Made by a program: the position numbers and the translations under genes
Source: Desulfobacterales bacterium
Lineage (GTDB): Bacteria; Desulfobacterota; Desulfobacteria; Desulfobacterales; UBA2174
Direction of reading: 5' to 3'
Assembly (NCBI GenBank): GCA_963668645.2
Contig: CAXXWC010000021.1
Location: 864,001 to 928,000, forward strand
DNA length: 64,000 nucleotides
Notes under the pieces: model-generated
Database searches by the model: none
What the model saw: the letters and a program-made list of their open reading frames with translations, nothing else
What the model was told of the DNA's origin: nothing
Shown here: positions 62,565-64,000 of the stretch, in pieces
Position numbering within the stretch: the stretch's first letter is position 1
How the letters are laid out: every line of letters begins with the position of its first letter

Positions 62565-63605
62565 TCAGCCGCCGGCTCCAACGCGCAGCACCGCGTCGAA
62601 ACGGATCAGAAAATGACCGGCCAGACAACAGAGCAACAGGGGGAACAGAAAGACCCGGGCCGCCTGGCCGATCTTGAGCCGGGCCACCACCGAGCGCACC
62701 GTGGTGATGGCCAGCAGGTAGACCGCCAGCATCTTGACCAGGAAAAAGACCACCTCCGCGAGCCCGAGCCAGAGTCCGCGGCCGGCTTCGCCCAGGCCGA
62801 TGAAGTCGATAATCCGGAAGGGAAAGAAAAAGACCACCACCAGGGCGCACAGGGCCGCCGCCTTGATCGCCTCTGCCAGATGCAGCAGGGCCAGGTTGCG
62901 CCCGGAGTACTCGGCCAGCAGCCCCTCGGCGATCTCGGTCTCGGCTTCGGCCTGGTCGAAAGGGATCTTGGACAATTCTGCCGGCAGCACCAGCAACAGG
63001 GGCAGCAGCAGCACCAATACCCCCAGCAGACCGCTCATACCCAGATCCTGCCAGACCGGGTGGCGCAGCACCGCGGCCAGGGAAAAAGGCGGCAGCCCGG
63101 GATGATGTCCGGCCATCTGCATGGCCAGGGTCACCATGGTCACCGCCAGGGGCAGTTCGGTGCAGGCCAGGATCACCATCTCACGCTGGGCCCCCACCGA
63201 GGCGTAGATCGAACCGGAGGCGAAACCGCCCACCACCAGGCATACGGCCGGGATCATCAGCACGTAGAGGATGATGATCATATCGGAAAAATGCGGCGGG
63301 TAGACAGCCGCGCCGAGCAGCCGGGCGATGGGCGGCCAGGTTACGTAAAAGGCCAGCAGCAGGGATGCGGCCAGGGCCAGAGGTGGAGCCCCGTTGAAGA
63401 GCCAGGCCACGGCGGTCTCGGGCACCACGTTGCGCTTGTGCAGCAGCTTGCGGATATCGCGGAATGGCTGGGCCAGCGGCGGTCCGATGCGCCCCTGGTA
63501 ATAGGCGCAGATCTTGCGGTCCAGCCCCTTGAGCAGCAGCCCCACCATCACGGCCGCGGCCGACATTAAAAGGGGGAGCACAAGGTATTGCAGCAGCAGG
63601 GTCAT
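62565..63605 (-). CDS. Complex I subunit 1 family membrane subunit (NuoH/EchB/HycD-like)
   Basis: DRKI...QGRIGPPL.QPFRDIRKL, PFDQAEAETEIAEG...EYSG. Confidence 0.92.
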   Translation of the reverse strand: MTLLLQYLVLPLLMSAAAVMVGLLLKGLDRKICAYYQGRIGPPLAQPFRDIRKLLHKRNVVPETAVAWLFNGAPPLALAASLLLAFYVTWPPIARLLGAAVYPPHFSDMIIILYVLMIPAVCLVVGGFASGSIYASVGAQREMVILACTELPLAVTMVTLAMQMAGHHPGLPPFSLAAVLRHPVWQDLGMSGLLGVLVLLLPLLLVLPAELSKIPFDQAEAETEIAEGLLAEYSGRNLALLHLAEAIKAAALCALVVVFFFPFRIIDFIGLGEAGRGLWLGLAEVVFFLVKMLAVYLLAITTVRSVVARLKIGQAARVFLFPLLLCCLAGHFLIRFDAVLRVGAGG

Positions 63606-64000
63606 GACCGCCTCCGAAGGCTTTCCATCCTGGCCAGCGACCGCCGGCGCAGGTCCTCGGCGCTCAGGGCGAAACTGCGGCCGTCGCCGGCCACGAAACT
63701 CATGCGGTCGGCACAGGCCACGCACGGATCGATGGAGCCGATGATGATCGGAATGTCGGCGATTTCAGCCCCGGCAAGCATCGGGTGCCAGGTCAGCAGG
63801 TTGGAGTAGGTAGGCGCCTTGGCCTTCAGCTGGACCGGTCCGTCCCGTCCATCAAGGACCACGTAATGGCACACCTCGCCGCGGGGCGCCTCGCAGCGGC
63901 CGATGCCGTGTCCATGGACCTTTTTCAAATGCCGCAGCAGCTTGACGTTGTTGGGTTCCCAGCTGATTTCGCCCTCGGGCAGATGATCGATGCAAAATTC
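63602..64000 (-). CDS. Group 4 [NiFe]-hydrogenase large subunit, 3' end (runs off window)
   Basis: EAPRGE, KAPTYSN, IGSIDPCVACADR Ni-binding motif followed by a C-terminal extension. Confidence 0.88.
   Translation of the reverse strand, partial: EFCIDHLPEGEISWEPNNVKLLRHLKKVHGHGIGRCEAPRGEVCHYVVLDGRDGPVQLKAKAPTYSNLLTWHPMLAGAEIADIPIIIGSIDPCVACADRMSFVAGDGRSFALSAEDLRRRSLARMESLRRRS

Overview
64-kb window from a GC-rich bacterium; gene content suggests a sulfate-reducing deltaproteobacterium (Desulfobacterales-like, an inference). 1-22.7 kb is mostly chromosomal: prfC, an orphan TPP-dependent E1 alpha/beta pair, a MocR regulator-aminotransferase-pdxS-pdxT operon, a SNF2/SWIM pair and a candidate sigma54-driven sRNA. 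23-48 kb is an accessory region with a 450-bp-repeat-flanked insert encoding a frameshifted giant surface protein plus IS1634, tyrosine-recombinase and toxin-antitoxin remnants, and an attC-terminated nuclease-like cassette. It also holds an AT-rich, translationally coupled three-gene operon: STAS-like+HATPase, tandem phosphoribosyltransferase, and calcineurin-like metallophosphoesterase. That operon only appears after an IS66 and an IS4-like element with a nested IS3 are removed in silico; both excisions restore open frames exactly. It is the best candidate for an undescribed nucleotide-centred defence or signalling system. 48-64 kb holds a hybrid two-component system, a cluster of eroded redox genes, Fe-S/DUF362 genes, an ISAs1 element and the 3' end of a group 4 [NiFe]-hydrogenase operon. 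No rRNA, tRNA or CRISPR array was seen. All family calls come from motif recognition by eye, not database searches.
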